A stretch of 63,979 nucleotides of DNA, filler included, from a bacterium (GTDB lineage: Bacteria; JALSQH01): the NCBI GenBank assembly GCA_026985515.1. It is 9 parts of 9 records of this genome, joined end to end, with 100 filler letters (N's around TTAATTAATTAA, not from the genome) between each part and the next. Parts side by side here need not be neighbours in the genome. Positions count along the whole stretch, not along the records: positions 29,487 to 39,070 come from JALSQH010000180.1; positions 39,171 to 48,586 come from JALSQH010000181.1; 7 more parts are not named here. The stretch is one strand, 5' to 3'. The notes below the pieces were generated by a model. It saw only the letters and a list, made by a program, of their open reading frames with translations. It was not told the origin of the DNA and did not search any database. Position numbers and translations under genes: made by a program. Positions 31,025 through 41,202 of this stretch are shown here, in pieces (within the stretch, counting starts at the first letter, position 1; the number at the start of each line of letters is the position of its first letter).

Positions 31025-33213
31025 TTGGCATTCTGCAGAATTTTTCCAATAAACCTGAATAATTCTGCATTCCTGGTGAGCGTCTTTCCATCAATATTCA
31101 CTGTGGGATCAGGGAACACAAGTACCCTGCTGAAGGTTGCATCGGGGAAGAAGAGATAGAATTTGTCAATCAGTCTCTGGTCTTCATCTTTTATTGTTCC
31201 ATTTTTTGGATCAATATCTATGTTAACAGTGGGTCCACCCACATCGTCACCTCTGGGCCACTTGTGATCAGTATCCAGCTGATCCCAGATCCCGTTGTCT
31301 TTTCCATAAATACCTTCTGGTGTAATTATACCTGTATCAACAAAGGGTTCAGATGGTTCGCCTGGATCCTGTTTTTGGTTGACATTTTGATCAACCCAGT
31401 CAAATTTATTATTTCCCTCAGTTCCAAAATCACCATCAGGGTCTCCCTGATCAATGTAGCCATCACTGTCATTATCGTAACCATCTGAAGGGTTCGTTTC
31501 TATATCGTAATCGTCGTGGTCTGGATCCGGATTTGTGGCAGGATCATAGTAAGGTTCATCCTCGTCTTTGAGTCCATCTATGCCGTAATCGTAGAATTTT
31601 TCTTCTTCAGGTTGATTGAAAAAGTATTTTCCACTTCTTGAATAGAGTGGAAGCAGGTTTCTCAGGTTACTTGGTGTGACGAAGAACTCGGAGAGTCTGA
31701 TTTCAGGGTAGGGGATACCCAGTTGCTCAAACTGGGTTTTCATGGTACCTTTAGGTACTCCAAATAATTTATCCAGGTCAAGAGGATCGGGACCTTTTAT
31801 GTTATCGCGCAGGGTGGTGAGGATATTCGTCAGTCTCGTTCCACCAGGAAATCTTATTTCCTCTCCTGCTATTATTTCTGTTCCAATTGGCTCTCCATCT
31901 GTGTACTGTCCATCATTTTCACCTTCATCAGAGCCTGTATTCTGCCAGGAGTCATTCCATCTGCCGTTGTGATTTAAGTCCTCATATTCCTCTCCCGGAT
32001 CATATTTCCCATTTCCGTTATCATCTTTGAATGGTTCCCTGGGATCACCTTCGGGGTAATCTGAGTATTCCGTCGGACAGATTGCATCTTTACCACAATC
32101 CCAGTATTTTATGATGTCATTTTCAAGGGGGTTTGTGGGATCAACTTGAGGATCAGATTCAGATTCAATGGATGTGAAAGCTTCAATTAATGTATTCAGG
32201 CCATCAACTAATTCATTTTGAGCTTCCTGAAGTAGCTGTTCTCCTTTTTTTCCATCTTTTCCAGTTAGCATCAGAAAAGTTTCATCTCTCTCCAGTCTTG
32301 AAATTAAACTTGCCTGCCAGTCTTTTTCCATAAATATCAGGGGAAGTTCATAAAAGCCATTATAAGCCAGTCCCGTGGTGAGAGCTCCTTTCAACACCTT
32401 CATCACACCTGCAAAGAAAAGGGCGTCTCCCCTGTCCCATTCTCCTGAAAAGTTAACTGTAATACCTGTCTGGGGTATATCAATCGTCAGCCTGTCAATT
32501 GTAAATTTGAACTTTGAGTTTGCATGTTCTCCCACTGTGGAAAAATAATTAATCACGGGGTCGAGTTCAGTTTTAATCAGGGTCTCAACACCATTGTTGA
32601 AAGCAGAGAGTGCCAGAAGAAGGTGGGCTGGAAGATTTGCAAGGGTAAGGGTGAGGTGTGCTATCCCGGCAGCCATATTCGCTTCCAGATTACATGGGGA
32701 TTTTTTCAGGTACTCGGCCAGACAGGAATATGCATCACTCATATTCATACCGGTTGGACTTTCATCTGATTTTACACCTTCAATACCTTTCTGAATGGTT
32801 GCTATGGCTTGTGAATAGCATTCAGGTTTATCTGGATCAGGAGCGTTTTTTATTTCAATTTTCCAGGTCTTTGAAAGGGAATGATGGGATGTTTTAACAT
32901 GAAGCGTGAGGGTATGAATTCCTGTGAGATCTGGACATGCCCTTACTGTTACCATGGTGGTATCATTTTGAAATTCTTTACTGTCGAATTCCCACCTGAT
33001 TTCTTTGACCTTTTCTCCACAGCCTTTCAGTGAAAAGAAGAAGTTGATGAACTTACCGGTTATTACTGTAACACTGTTTGAAGATGGGGACAGAGATTTG
33101 AATTTCACTTTACATTCCTCTCCCCCGCATCCATTTTGAGAAAGAAGCAGGGCGGCGAGTAGTAGAATCAGGAAAAATTCTTTAAATTTATGGTTTGTGA
33201 ACCCCATTGTCAT
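31006..33213 (-). CDS. Large acidic lipoprotein with an Ig-like N-domain and putative Ca-binding DxNxNG/DxDxDG repeats (paralog B)
   Basis: Signal ...LLLSQNGCGG; repeats DDNGNGKYDPGE, DLNHNGRWN, DNDSDGYID, DQNVNQKQDPGE; start adjusted to ATG 33213 (or 33207). Confidence 0.7.
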   Translation of the reverse strand: MTMGFTNHKFKEFFLILLLAALLLSQNGCGGEECKVKFKSLSPSSNSVTVITGKFINFFFSLKGCGEKVKEIRWEFDSKEFQNDTTMVTVRACPDLTGIHTLTLHVKTSHHSLSKTWKIEIKNAPDPDKPECYSQAIATIQKGIEGVKSDESPTGMNMSDAYSCLAEYLKKSPCNLEANMAAGIAHLTLTLANLPAHLLLALSAFNNGVETLIKTELDPVINYFSTVGEHANSKFKFTIDRLTIDIPQTGITVNFSGEWDRGDALFFAGVMKVLKGALTTGLAYNGFYELPLIFMEKDWQASLISRLERDETFLMLTGKDGKKGEQLLQEAQNELVDGLNTLIEAFTSIESESDPQVDPTNPLENDIIKYWDCGKDAICPTEYSDYPEGDPREPFKDDNGNGKYDPGEEYEDLNHNGRWNDSWQNTGSDEGENDGQYTDGEPIGTEIIAGEEIRFPGGTRLTNILTTLRDNIKGPDPLDLDKLFGVPKGTMKTQFEQLGIPYPEIRLSEFFVTPSNLRNLLPLYSRSGKYFFNQPEEEKFYDYGIDGLKDEDEPYYDPATNPDPDHDDYDIETNPSDGYDNDSDGYIDQGDPDGDFGTEGNNKFDWVDQNVNQKQDPGEPSEPFVDTGIITPEGIYGKDNGIWDQLDTDHKWPRGDDVGGPTVNIDIDPKNGTIKDEDQRLIDKFYLFFPDATFSRVLVFPDPTVNIDGKTLTRNAELFRFIGKILQNANYLLSF

Positions 33214-35521
33214 AAATCCCGAATTTTTGAGCAAGGTCAAATATTTTTGATATGAATCTGTGCAGTTTTGCATGATCGTTGAGTACTTCACCATCAAAGT
33301 TCTTTATTTCATCTGGAAAAGTTAAAAATCTGGAGAATGTTGGATCAGGGAAGAAAAGATAGTAGAAGTCGATCAACTCTCCATCTGGATTGTTCTGGCT
33401 GACCTCATAGGTGGTTCCATCCCTTGGATCGGTCATCTGAATGTCATTTACAGGTCCAACATCCGGGCCATTGGGCCATGTGTGTGGCAGGTCCTTTGTG
33501 TCCCATTTTCCATTGTTAGCAGAGCCGGGCACCCCGGGGATTCCAATATCTTCAAAAGGTTCATGCTTCTCTCCCGGATCATGCTTTCCATTTTCATTTT
33601 CATCAATGAAGTCGAAAACCAGATTTCCCTCTGCACCAATGTCTCCCGGTACATTACCTGCGACGGATGAGTGGTTGTATTCATCTATATTGCCATCTCC
33701 ATCATTGTCATATCCATCATTTATGTTGCACTTTGGGGCACAGGAAAGATCTATGTCATCATGGTTTGGATCAGGGTTATTGATGGAATCGTAGGGGGAG
33801 AGAGAGGTATCAGTTACACATCCACCCATGCCATCTTCATATTTGTCATCACATCCATCGTAACCTGTGTCCTCAAAGGGCTCATATTCATTGTCAATTA
33901 TGAAGAATCGTTTTGAGATACTGTACAGGGGAACTATCATCCTTGCCTCTGTGGGTGTAAGGAAGGCTTCACTCAACCTGATTTCAGGGTATGGAAGTCC
34001 GAGGCTTTTGAAAACGCTTTTTACTGTTCCTTCAGGTTCGCCAATCATTCTGTCATAATCAAGGGGGTGATCGGGTCCAATGAGGCTCAGTTCTATTTCA
34101 TTCAAAGCTATGAGCATCTGGGAAAGATTTGAGGCAATGTTAATTACTCTGAAATCTGGAAACCCGAAAATAGCTGTTCCTATGGGTTCCCCATCGTCGT
34201 ACCTGTTGTTGCATTCGCTTCCGTCCTTGTCGGGACCTATCTTCTGCCACCCTTCATCGCATTGACCATTATGATTTCTGTCAACATAATCATTTCCTGC
34301 TTCTTCACAGCTTGCATATTTGTTCGGGTCATATTCTGGTGGATCACCATTCTCAGGGTCTATCCATGAAGCTCCACCGGGACACTCTGAGGCAGGTGGA
34401 CACACATCATCCTTTCCGCAGTCCCAGTACCGGAAGAGATCGTCACTCTGGTCGTCCGTTTCAGATTTGATCTCTGTGAACATTTCCTTAAAAAGGTGAA
34501 CAGCATCAATGAATGCTCCTCTTGCAAGTAAAAGATTTTCTTTCCCTTCAGATCCATCCTCACCTGCAAAAGTGAGAAATTGTGGATCATCTATCATCTT
34601 GTTTACAAATCTCTGAATTTCCGATTTTATGCTGAAGTCAAATGGAATCTTGAGAAAGTGATCTAACAATCCTTTAAAAGCTGTAGCCATGTAGTACCAT
34701 CCTTCCATGGCCCTTGTCTGGGCAACCAGAAAATAGATGTCGCCAAGGTCAAATTCTCCATGGAGGCTTATATCCACCGGGTCGAGATATGGGGCTTTGC
34801 CGTCACTTATCACTATGTCATACAGGCCTTCCTCATAGAAGGTCCAGTCTTTAGGAGCCTTCTCCAGTACCACTTTGAAATGATTTGTCATGGGTATTAT
34901 GGTGTTATCGCCGAGTTCTTTTATATCCTTTGATGTGAGCTGGGTATGTTTCTTGTAGAGATCCTCCACAGACATGAAAAATAAAACCTCCTTACCCAGT
35001 CCAGCAGCGAAGTTTGCATCAATGTCACATACATACTCTTTCAGGTAATTTTCAAGGCAATCAACAGCCGAAGTAAATTCTTTTACATATCCTTTTCTTA
35101 TTGTTTCCATTGCACTATCGTAACACGAGGGTCTCTGGGGATTTGGTACTTTCTGGACCTTAAGAGTGAAATTCCTTTCAAGGGTCAGGTCTGAGTCTAT
35201 GCTGGCAACAATGATTTTTAACGTATGGGTTCCCACATCCCTGTTGCAGGCAATGTAGTCATATTCATTGGTGGATGAAACAGGTGTGTCACCGTTGTCA
35301 AGATACCATGAATAAGTGAAATTTTTGTCGGGAAGATTACAGGTGTTAACTTTCGCAACAAGTGTGGTGATTTTCCCTGCCTCTATGGGGATGGTTGAGC
35401 CTGAATATCCTTCGAGGGTCACTGTGGGAGAGCAGGCTTCCTGCTTTTTCTCCTCCTTACCCCTGCAGCCTGCCACAATAACAAGAACAACCAAAAATAT
35501 TCCTCCAATCAGCTTCTTCAT
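33188..35521 (-). CDS. Large acidic Cys-rich lipoprotein with an Ig-like N-domain and putative Ca-binding repeats (paralog A)
   Basis: Lipobox VAGC; AGGAGG RBS; DRNHNGQCD, DNDGDGNID, DENENGKHDPGE; collinear with 31006-33213. Confidence 0.75.
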   Translation of the reverse strand: MKKLIGGIFLVVLVIVAGCRGKEEKKQEACSPTVTLEGYSGSTIPIEAGKITTLVAKVNTCNLPDKNFTYSWYLDNGDTPVSSTNEYDYIACNRDVGTHTLKIIVASIDSDLTLERNFTLKVQKVPNPQRPSCYDSAMETIRKGYVKEFTSAVDCLENYLKEYVCDIDANFAAGLGKEVLFFMSVEDLYKKHTQLTSKDIKELGDNTIIPMTNHFKVVLEKAPKDWTFYEEGLYDIVISDGKAPYLDPVDISLHGEFDLGDIYFLVAQTRAMEGWYYMATAFKGLLDHFLKIPFDFSIKSEIQRFVNKMIDDPQFLTFAGEDGSEGKENLLLARGAFIDAVHLFKEMFTEIKSETDDQSDDLFRYWDCGKDDVCPPASECPGGASWIDPENGDPPEYDPNKYASCEEAGNDYVDRNHNGQCDEGWQKIGPDKDGSECNNRYDDGEPIGTAIFGFPDFRVINIASNLSQMLIALNEIELSLIGPDHPLDYDRMIGEPEGTVKSVFKSLGLPYPEIRLSEAFLTPTEARMIVPLYSISKRFFIIDNEYEPFEDTGYDGCDDKYEDGMGGCVTDTSLSPYDSINNPDPNHDDIDLSCAPKCNINDGYDNDGDGNIDEYNHSSVAGNVPGDIGAEGNLVFDFIDENENGKHDPGEKHEPFEDIGIPGVPGSANNGKWDTKDLPHTWPNGPDVGPVNDIQMTDPRDGTTYEVSQNNPDGELIDFYYLFFPDPTFSRFLTFPDEIKNFDGEVLNDHAKLHRFISKIFDLAQKFGIYDNGVHKP

Positions 35522-35563
35522 GATTACCTCCTTGGAGAGTAAGCAACTTTCATACCAGTGAAT

Positions 35564-35592
35564 ATCTTATAAGGGGTTGACACTCATGTCAA
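35564..35592 (-). promoter_or_regulatory. Sigma70-type promoter for the paralog pair, overlapped by the palindrome TTGACA-N4-TGTCAA
   Basis: Minus strand TTGACA (35592-87), 17 nt spacer, TAAGAT (35569-64); inverted repeat at 35577-35592. Confidence 0.6.
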
Positions 35593-35593
35593 G

Positions 35594-36847
35594 TTAATCG
35601 GTACAGGCTGTGAGTTTCACCACATTCACAGCAGGTTCATTATTGTTTGCATCAATTGCAAGCTGGAGATTTTGTTTGGACCATTCAGGTAAGGCGAAAA
35701 TTGAAAGAGAAAAATTATATTTTTTGGGTTTCAATCTTATAGCATCACCAATCAGATATCCGAATTCATACACGCCAGGGAATTTTTCAAGTGGATCTGT
35801 GGCATTTGTGTCATCGTAAAAGTAGAGATTTTTTGTGACGGGAAGGTCCTTGGACCATTTTGCAAGATATACGAGATATCCGGCTTTACCAATTATTGCA
35901 GACCAGAAAAGGGGTTCAACTTTCGTTTCTTTTTCGTAATCCTCCATTTTACCATCAAAGATGAGGGGTTTTCTGCATCCGTTACAGAAGAGTCTGCTTC
36001 CCAGAATTTCTCCTGTGTATGAGATTGTTTGCCTGTAATAGGCTTTCTTTGCAACATAGGAGAGTTTAAAGGGAACGGTGAGGTAAGAAGGTGTTTCAAG
36101 ATAATATTTGGTATAGTAGTTGTCAACAAGAATTGCAGGGCTTTTAAGACCCAGAAACACTTTGAGTCTGGAAGATGTTTTTCTTATTACTCTTACTGGT
36201 CCCGCTTTAACTCCAATCACCCTGTAAGTTAAATCCCTTTCTGTTCTTTTAAAGGTGATACCCAGGAATGTCTTTATTACAAACCGGAGCTTCATTGTGT
36301 CAATTATGTTTCTGTCGTTGCCTCCAGCCCTTTTCTTTACTCTGTAGGATGAAAAGAAGATGCTTTGATTCCTGTATGAGGCCGAATAGAGGGGTGTGGA
36401 AATTGTTTCAAGGTTTCCGTAATGTTTGTATTTAACATATCTGGTATTAATATGGTGCCTGAGGGGATAAACGAAGTACACCCATCCCTTTTCTCCATTT
36501 TCAGAAACGGTGATTTTGAATATACATTTTCCGGGAAAATGTGAGGAGATCACTTCATCATTTTCCTCTCCAGCATCTTCCATTTGAAAGACAACTTCAT
36601 CATTTTCCCCAATTGCTTTTACTTTTTTCAGGGAGTATGTACCATCCCTGTTCACTCTGTCAACCTGAAATGGAATTTCTTTGAGTTTTCCTTTCATTAT
36701 CCGGAAGAGAGAGAGTTTCTCAACGGAAAGTCCCTGCAAAGAGGGGAAATTATGAGATTTTATAATGGCAATATCAAAGCTTTTTAAATAATTTTCTCCC
36801 ATCAATGTGATGGGGATGAGAAGAAGTGTGAGGATAATGAATCTCAT
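35594..36847 (-). CDS. Hypothetical secreted protein
   Basis: Signal peptide MRFIILTLLLIPITLMG; motifs IPFQVD, DEVVF...DAG, GPVRVIR; start adjusted to ATG 36847. Confidence 0.65.
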   Translation of the reverse strand: MRFIILTLLLIPITLMGENYLKSFDIAIIKSHNFPSLQGLSVEKLSLFRIMKGKLKEIPFQVDRVNRDGTYSLKKVKAIGENDEVVFQMEDAGEENDEVISSHFPGKCIFKITVSENGEKGWVYFVYPLRHHINTRYVKYKHYGNLETISTPLYSASYRNQSIFFSSYRVKKRAGGNDRNIIDTMKLRFVIKTFLGITFKRTERDLTYRVIGVKAGPVRVIRKTSSRLKVFLGLKSPAILVDNYYTKYYLETPSYLTVPFKLSYVAKKAYYRQTISYTGEILGSRLFCNGCRKPLIFDGKMEDYEKETKVEPLFWSAIIGKAGYLVYLAKWSKDLPVTKNLYFYDDTNATDPLEKFPGVYEFGYLIGDAIRLKPKKYNFSLSIFALPEWSKQNLQLAIDANNNEPAVNVVKLTACTD

Positions 36848-36852
36848 TTTCA

Positions 36853-37293
36853 CTATTTTAAAAATCTCGCGGGAATTTTTATCCCCAGTTTCGCAATTGT
36901 GGCAATGGCCCTTGGACCACCAAGTTTCAGCATTGCCACATAACCCATTCTCCACCCATTAACTATGCTTGTGAGGAGTTTCATTTTAACCGGTTTTTCT
37001 TTATCCAGCAAACAGTCAAGCAATCTGTTAACATACTCCTGGGGATCCGTGGTGGGAGGGTTGAAGAGATAATCAACTGCAGCCTTGCTGAACCAGAAGT
37101 ATATTTCTGCCTTTTTCGGTTTTCCAGGCTTCAAAACTGACCTTCCTTTATGTTTTACCATTGTGTATGTTTCAGGGTCACCTTCAAATTCAATTATTGC
37201 GGTGGCTCCCTCTTTCAGAGGTTTTGCAAATTGATGACCAATTTCACTTGTTTCATAGAATTGTTTCATCAGTTCATATTCCCTCGAAGCCAT
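36853..37293 (-). CDS. SCP2 (sterol-carrier/lipid-binding)-like protein
   Basis: Size and the pattern IEFEG..ETYTMV...G.S.LKPGKP.KAEIYF.FS..AVD.L resemble SCP2 domains (weak). Confidence 0.5.
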   Translation of the reverse strand: MASREYELMKQFYETSEIGHQFAKPLKEGATAIIEFEGDPETYTMVKHKGRSVLKPGKPKKAEIYFWFSKAAVDYLFNPPTTDPQEYVNRLLDCLLDKEKPVKMKLLTSIVNGWRMGYVAMLKLGGPRAIATIAKLGIKIPARFLK

Positions 37294-37294
37294 T

Positions 37295-38425
37295 TTACCC
37301 TCCCTGGATAAGATTTTTTAAAAGAACCGGCAGATCTATAACTTCAGCTCCACCTTCTTTCAGAGAAAATTGACACCCGGGACACGCCGTAACAATTATC
37401 TCGGCACTTTCACTTAGTTGATTTAGTCTTTTTTCTCTTGTGAATTCATAGAGTTTTCTGTCCGTGTAGGGGGTGAGAAAGGGATTTCCACAGCAGTAGC
37501 TTTTTTTACCTGATAGTGTGTTTTTTACAAGAGATTTACCATCAATTTTTTCAAACAGTTCGTAATATGTATCGCTTTCATCCATATAATGCGAAATCCT
37601 GCATGGATCCTGAAAGGTGTATCTGATTTCTGGATTTTTGAATCTCAATTTACCCTCATCCAGAAGTTTCTTCACATAATCTGCGAAGAGGTATATTTCA
37701 GGGAAGTTATCGGGCAACTCATAACTCAGGAGAAATGTTGAGTAACCATGGGGACAGTGTATCACCATTTCCTCTGCTCCGGTGGAGAGGATTTCTTTGA
37801 TCACTTTTCTGGCATTTTTCGTGAAGCTTTTGTAGTCTCCAGCTTCAAGAACAGGACTGCCACAGCATGGTTCATCCTTCATGATCATAACATCTGTTCC
37901 AGCTTCAAGAAGAATTTCAAGAGCAGCTTTTGCTGAACTGGAGGCTTCCTCATACATTCTTGCCTGGCATCCTGTGAAGAAGAGGGTTTTACCCTTTTCT
38001 GAAGGATAAATTTTTACCCCTTCTGGAGGAATGAATTTCTTCTTCCTGCCATATGGATTGTCTTTGCTGAGGAGATTTTCTCCTAATTTTTTCAATTTTG
38101 GTGGTGTTCTCCCTTTATCGTAAAGAACTTCCCTCAAATCAATTATGAGATTGTAAAGGTCAATGGTGACGGGACAGGCAGCGTAGCAGGCACCACAGAA
38201 TGTGCAGGAGTAGAGGGATTTCTCAATATCTTCCCAGTTCCTTATCCTGTTTTCAATGGCTGCAAGGGCAATATGGGATTTGCCTCCACCTGAGAAGTTG
38301 AACATTTTATAGAGATCAACAGAGGGACATATATCCCCATCCCCTTCCTCACCAACGATGCATGTTTTGCACCGGTTGCAGGACTGAATGTACCATTCAT
38401 AATAATCCTGATGCCTCAACTTCAT
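37295..38425 (-). CDS. Fe-S oxidoreductase with a 4Fe-4S dicluster and two CCG domains (GlcF/HdrD-like)
   Basis: CNRCKTC..CP, CTFCGACYAACP, FFTGC, EPCCG, CPH, QDPC, YCCG, TACPGC. Confidence 0.88.
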   Translation of the reverse strand: MKLRHQDYYEWYIQSCNRCKTCIVGEEGDGDICPSVDLYKMFNFSGGGKSHIALAAIENRIRNWEDIEKSLYSCTFCGACYAACPVTIDLYNLIIDLREVLYDKGRTPPKLKKLGENLLSKDNPYGRKKKFIPPEGVKIYPSEKGKTLFFTGCQARMYEEASSSAKAALEILLEAGTDVMIMKDEPCCGSPVLEAGDYKSFTKNARKVIKEILSTGAEEMVIHCPHGYSTFLLSYELPDNFPEIYLFADYVKKLLDEGKLRFKNPEIRYTFQDPCRISHYMDESDTYYELFEKIDGKSLVKNTLSGKKSYCCGNPFLTPYTDRKLYEFTREKRLNQLSESAEIIVTACPGCQFSLKEGGAEVIDLPVLLKNLIQGG

Positions 38426-39070
38426 TTTTCCTCTCCCTCCCCGTAAAGAAGTTTGCTGAATCCGGGGTTCATAATATTCCATGGATCCAGCGCCTTTTTT
38501 ATGAGCCTCATCAGATGGGCAAAGCCACCCATTTTTCTTGCATGGGAAAGGGATGGGTCATCATATCTTTCAAAGGCGGCATTTCTCACGGGGGTTGCAC
38601 CATACTTTTTAATGGCTGTTTCCATTACTTCGTTGTAAACTTTAAAGGCTTCTTTCACATCTTCTGGTGGAGAGTCATACTGGATGAAGGGCGTGAATCT
38701 TATAAAGACACCTCTGTGCTGATCCACTGAGTGACTGTAGTATGTCAGACCAAATTTCAGTACGGAATTTCTCATCCTCCTCAGACCCCACTTCTCAAGT
38801 TCTGCCACTTTTTCAGGATCGGCAATTAAAATAGGAAAGAGGGGTTTTCCTTCACCATATGCACCCATAAAGGTGGTATCTGCCCTGTGGAGTGCGTAGT
38901 GTTCATACCAGAACCTGAAGAGATTTGGAAATTTTTCCTTCACATAATTGGTAACTTCCTTTCCTCTGCACTCCTTTGCAAGTCTCTTCAGTATCTGGTA
39001 GTGAGCTTCCATATCTTCTTTATATCCCCCCATTGTTGGAATCACTATGTTGTAAGGTCTCTCATCCGGT
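38422..39070 (-). CDS. FAD-linked oxidase (GlcD/VAO superfamily), C-terminal part (5'-truncated)
   Basis: Terminal LMRLIKKALDPWNIMNPG; ATGA coupling to the CCG protein. Confidence 0.75.
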
Positions 39071-39170
39071 NNNNNNNNNNNNNNNNNNNNNNNNNNNNNN
39101 NNNNNNNNNNNNNNTTAATTAATTAANNNNNNNNNNNNNNNNNNNNNNNNNNNNNNNNNNNNNNNNNNNN

Positions 39171-40028
39171 ACCCACAAGGGTTCTGCCTGGTCCAATCTC
39201 AAGAAAATGGGTAACTCCTTCATTTTTGAGAAGTTCAATTGACTGCTGCCACTTAACTGGTGAAAATGTCTGAAAATAGAGAAGATTGGGAATATCTGCA
39301 GGATCAGTATGGATCCGTGCGTCAACATTGGCAACGAGTGGATATTTGAGTGGTCTGAACTCTATTTTCGCAAGTCTATCTTTTAACTTTTCCGCTGCCG
39401 GTTTCATGAGAGGAGTATGAAAGGGCGCACTCACATCAAGGTAAACTACCCTCTTTGCTCCCTCATCCTTTGCCCTCTGAACAACCCTATCAACTGCAAC
39501 TTTTGAACCTGCAACAACAATCTGGTTGGGACTGTTGTAATTGGCTGGAACGACGCTATTCTCCTCGTCACTCTCCTCCCAGCAGAGGGTTTCCACCCTC
39601 GATGGAGCAAGTCCCATAATAGCTGCCATGGCTCCTACATCGGGGGGAACTGCTTCCTGCATAAATTTCCCCCTGTCCCTCACAAGAGGAACAGCCTCAT
39701 CGTAACTGAGGGATTCCGCCACAACCAGGGCGGTGTATTCACCCAGGCTGTGACCCAGAACAAAATCTGGTTCCACCTTTAAAAATCCATTATCTACAAG
39801 TGTTCTGTAAATGGCGTAACTTACGGCAAGAACTGCAGGCTGGGTATTTTCAGTAAGGGAAAGCTGTTCCTTTGGACCATTTAAGATTTTTTCCTTTAGG
39901 GGGGTATCAAGTATTTCATTTACTCTGTCCAGAACTTTTTTAAATGACTCATACTTTTCATAAAAGTCCTTTCCCATCCCCACATATTGTGCCCCCTGCC
40001 CCGGAAAAACGAAGGCTATTTTACCCAT
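39171..40028 (-). CDS. fabD: Malonyl-CoA:ACP transacylase (3'-truncated)
   Basis: FVFPGQGAQ, TQPA, GHSLGEY, RG.FMQ, ANYNSP.QIV, VSAPFH, EIGPG. Confidence 0.96.
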
Positions 40029-40986
40029 TATCTTCCTCCCTTACTATGGTATCATTTAATTTTAGTATAACTTCACCTGCCTCTGCAATGATTTCCTCAA
40101 TTATTTTTGCAGCAGGTTTGATCTCGTTTATGAGGCCAGAAATCTGACCTGCCATCAGAGAACCCATGTTAACATCACCAAGTAAAACAGCCTTTCTCAA
40201 CGCTCCCATACCAAGTGTCTCAAGCTCCTCAACAGAAGCTCCCCTCTCCACAAGTTCCACAAACTTTCTTGCAAGCTGATTTTTTATCACCCTGACTCTG
40301 ATCCCCGACGGATGTCCCGTAACAATGGTGCTTCTATCCTTTGCTTTCAAAATAGCTTCTTTATATTTCTGATGAATATGGCATTCCTCAGACGCGAGAA
40401 ATCTCGTCCCCATCTGCACACCTTCGGCTCCCAGAGCAAGAGCCGCCACAAAACCTCTTCCATCTGCAATCCCACCTGCTGCAACAACGGGAATGGAAAC
40501 TCTGTCCACAAGTTGAGGAACAAGAGCCATGGTGGTAATCTCACCCACATGTCCCCCTGCCTCATATCCTTCAGCAATAAGCATATCTGCACCCAATTTC
40601 TCCATCCTTCTTCCGAAATCCACTGTTGCCACAACAGGAATAACTTTTATGCCCTTTTCTTTAAAGAGGGGAATATCCTTTCCGGGATTACCTGCACCTA
40701 CCGTCACAACTGGAGGTGCATACTCAAGAACAACCCGTTTCTGTTCTTCAATGTTTGGATTCAGGTAGTAAAGATTAACGCCAAATGGTCTGGAAGTTAA
40801 CTGTCTGACCCTTTCAATCTGGATGGAGAGTTCTCTGCCATTTAAACCACCAGCTCCAAGTATGCCGAGACCCCCCGCATTTGACACTGCAGCAACCAGT
40901 TCAGGATTGCTTGCCCAGGCCATTCCACCCTGAAAAATGGGATACTTGATCCCGAGAATCCGGGTAACCCGGGTATTGAAAACCAC
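40021..40986 (-). CDS. fabK: Enoyl-ACP reductase FabK (nitronate monooxygenase family)
   Basis: KYPIFQGGMAW, AVSNAGGLG, PFGVN, EG.EAGGHVG, AAGGIADGRG, QMGTRF, GSLMAGQ; context next to fabD. Confidence 0.88.
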   Translation of the reverse strand: MVFNTRVTRILGIKYPIFQGGMAWASNPELVAAVSNAGGLGILGAGGLNGRELSIQIERVRQLTSRPFGVNLYYLNPNIEEQKRVVLEYAPPVVTVGAGNPGKDIPLFKEKGIKVIPVVATVDFGRRMEKLGADMLIAEGYEAGGHVGEITTMALVPQLVDRVSIPVVAAGGIADGRGFVAALALGAEGVQMGTRFLASEECHIHQKYKEAILKAKDRSTIVTGHPSGIRVRVIKNQLARKFVELVERGASVEELETLGMGALRKAVLLGDVNMGSLMAGQISGLINEIKPAAKIIEEIIAEAGEVILKLNDTIVREEDNG

Positions 40987-41004
40987 AATATGCCCCTTTT
41001 AATT

Positions 41005-41187
41005 TTACTCAACCTCCAGATCCAGAACCTTTCTTCCCTTGTAGTAACCACAGTGTGGACAAACACGATTGGGGAGAATCGGTTCACCACAGTTGGGACA
41101 GGTAATATAATGAGGTTTTTTGAGATGAATGTGGCTCCTTCTTTTTCCCTGTCTCGATTTTGATGTCTTTCTCTTTGGCACAGCCAT
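41005..41187 (-). CDS. rpmF: 50S ribosomal protein L32
   Basis: [17 protein letters not shown]...[11 protein letters not shown]. Confidence 0.97.
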   Translation of the reverse strand: MAVPKRKTSKSRQGKRRSHIHLKKPHYITCPNCGEPILPNRVCPHCGYYKGRKVLDLEVE

Positions 41188-41202
41188 ATTTTGCTCCCTC
41201 TC

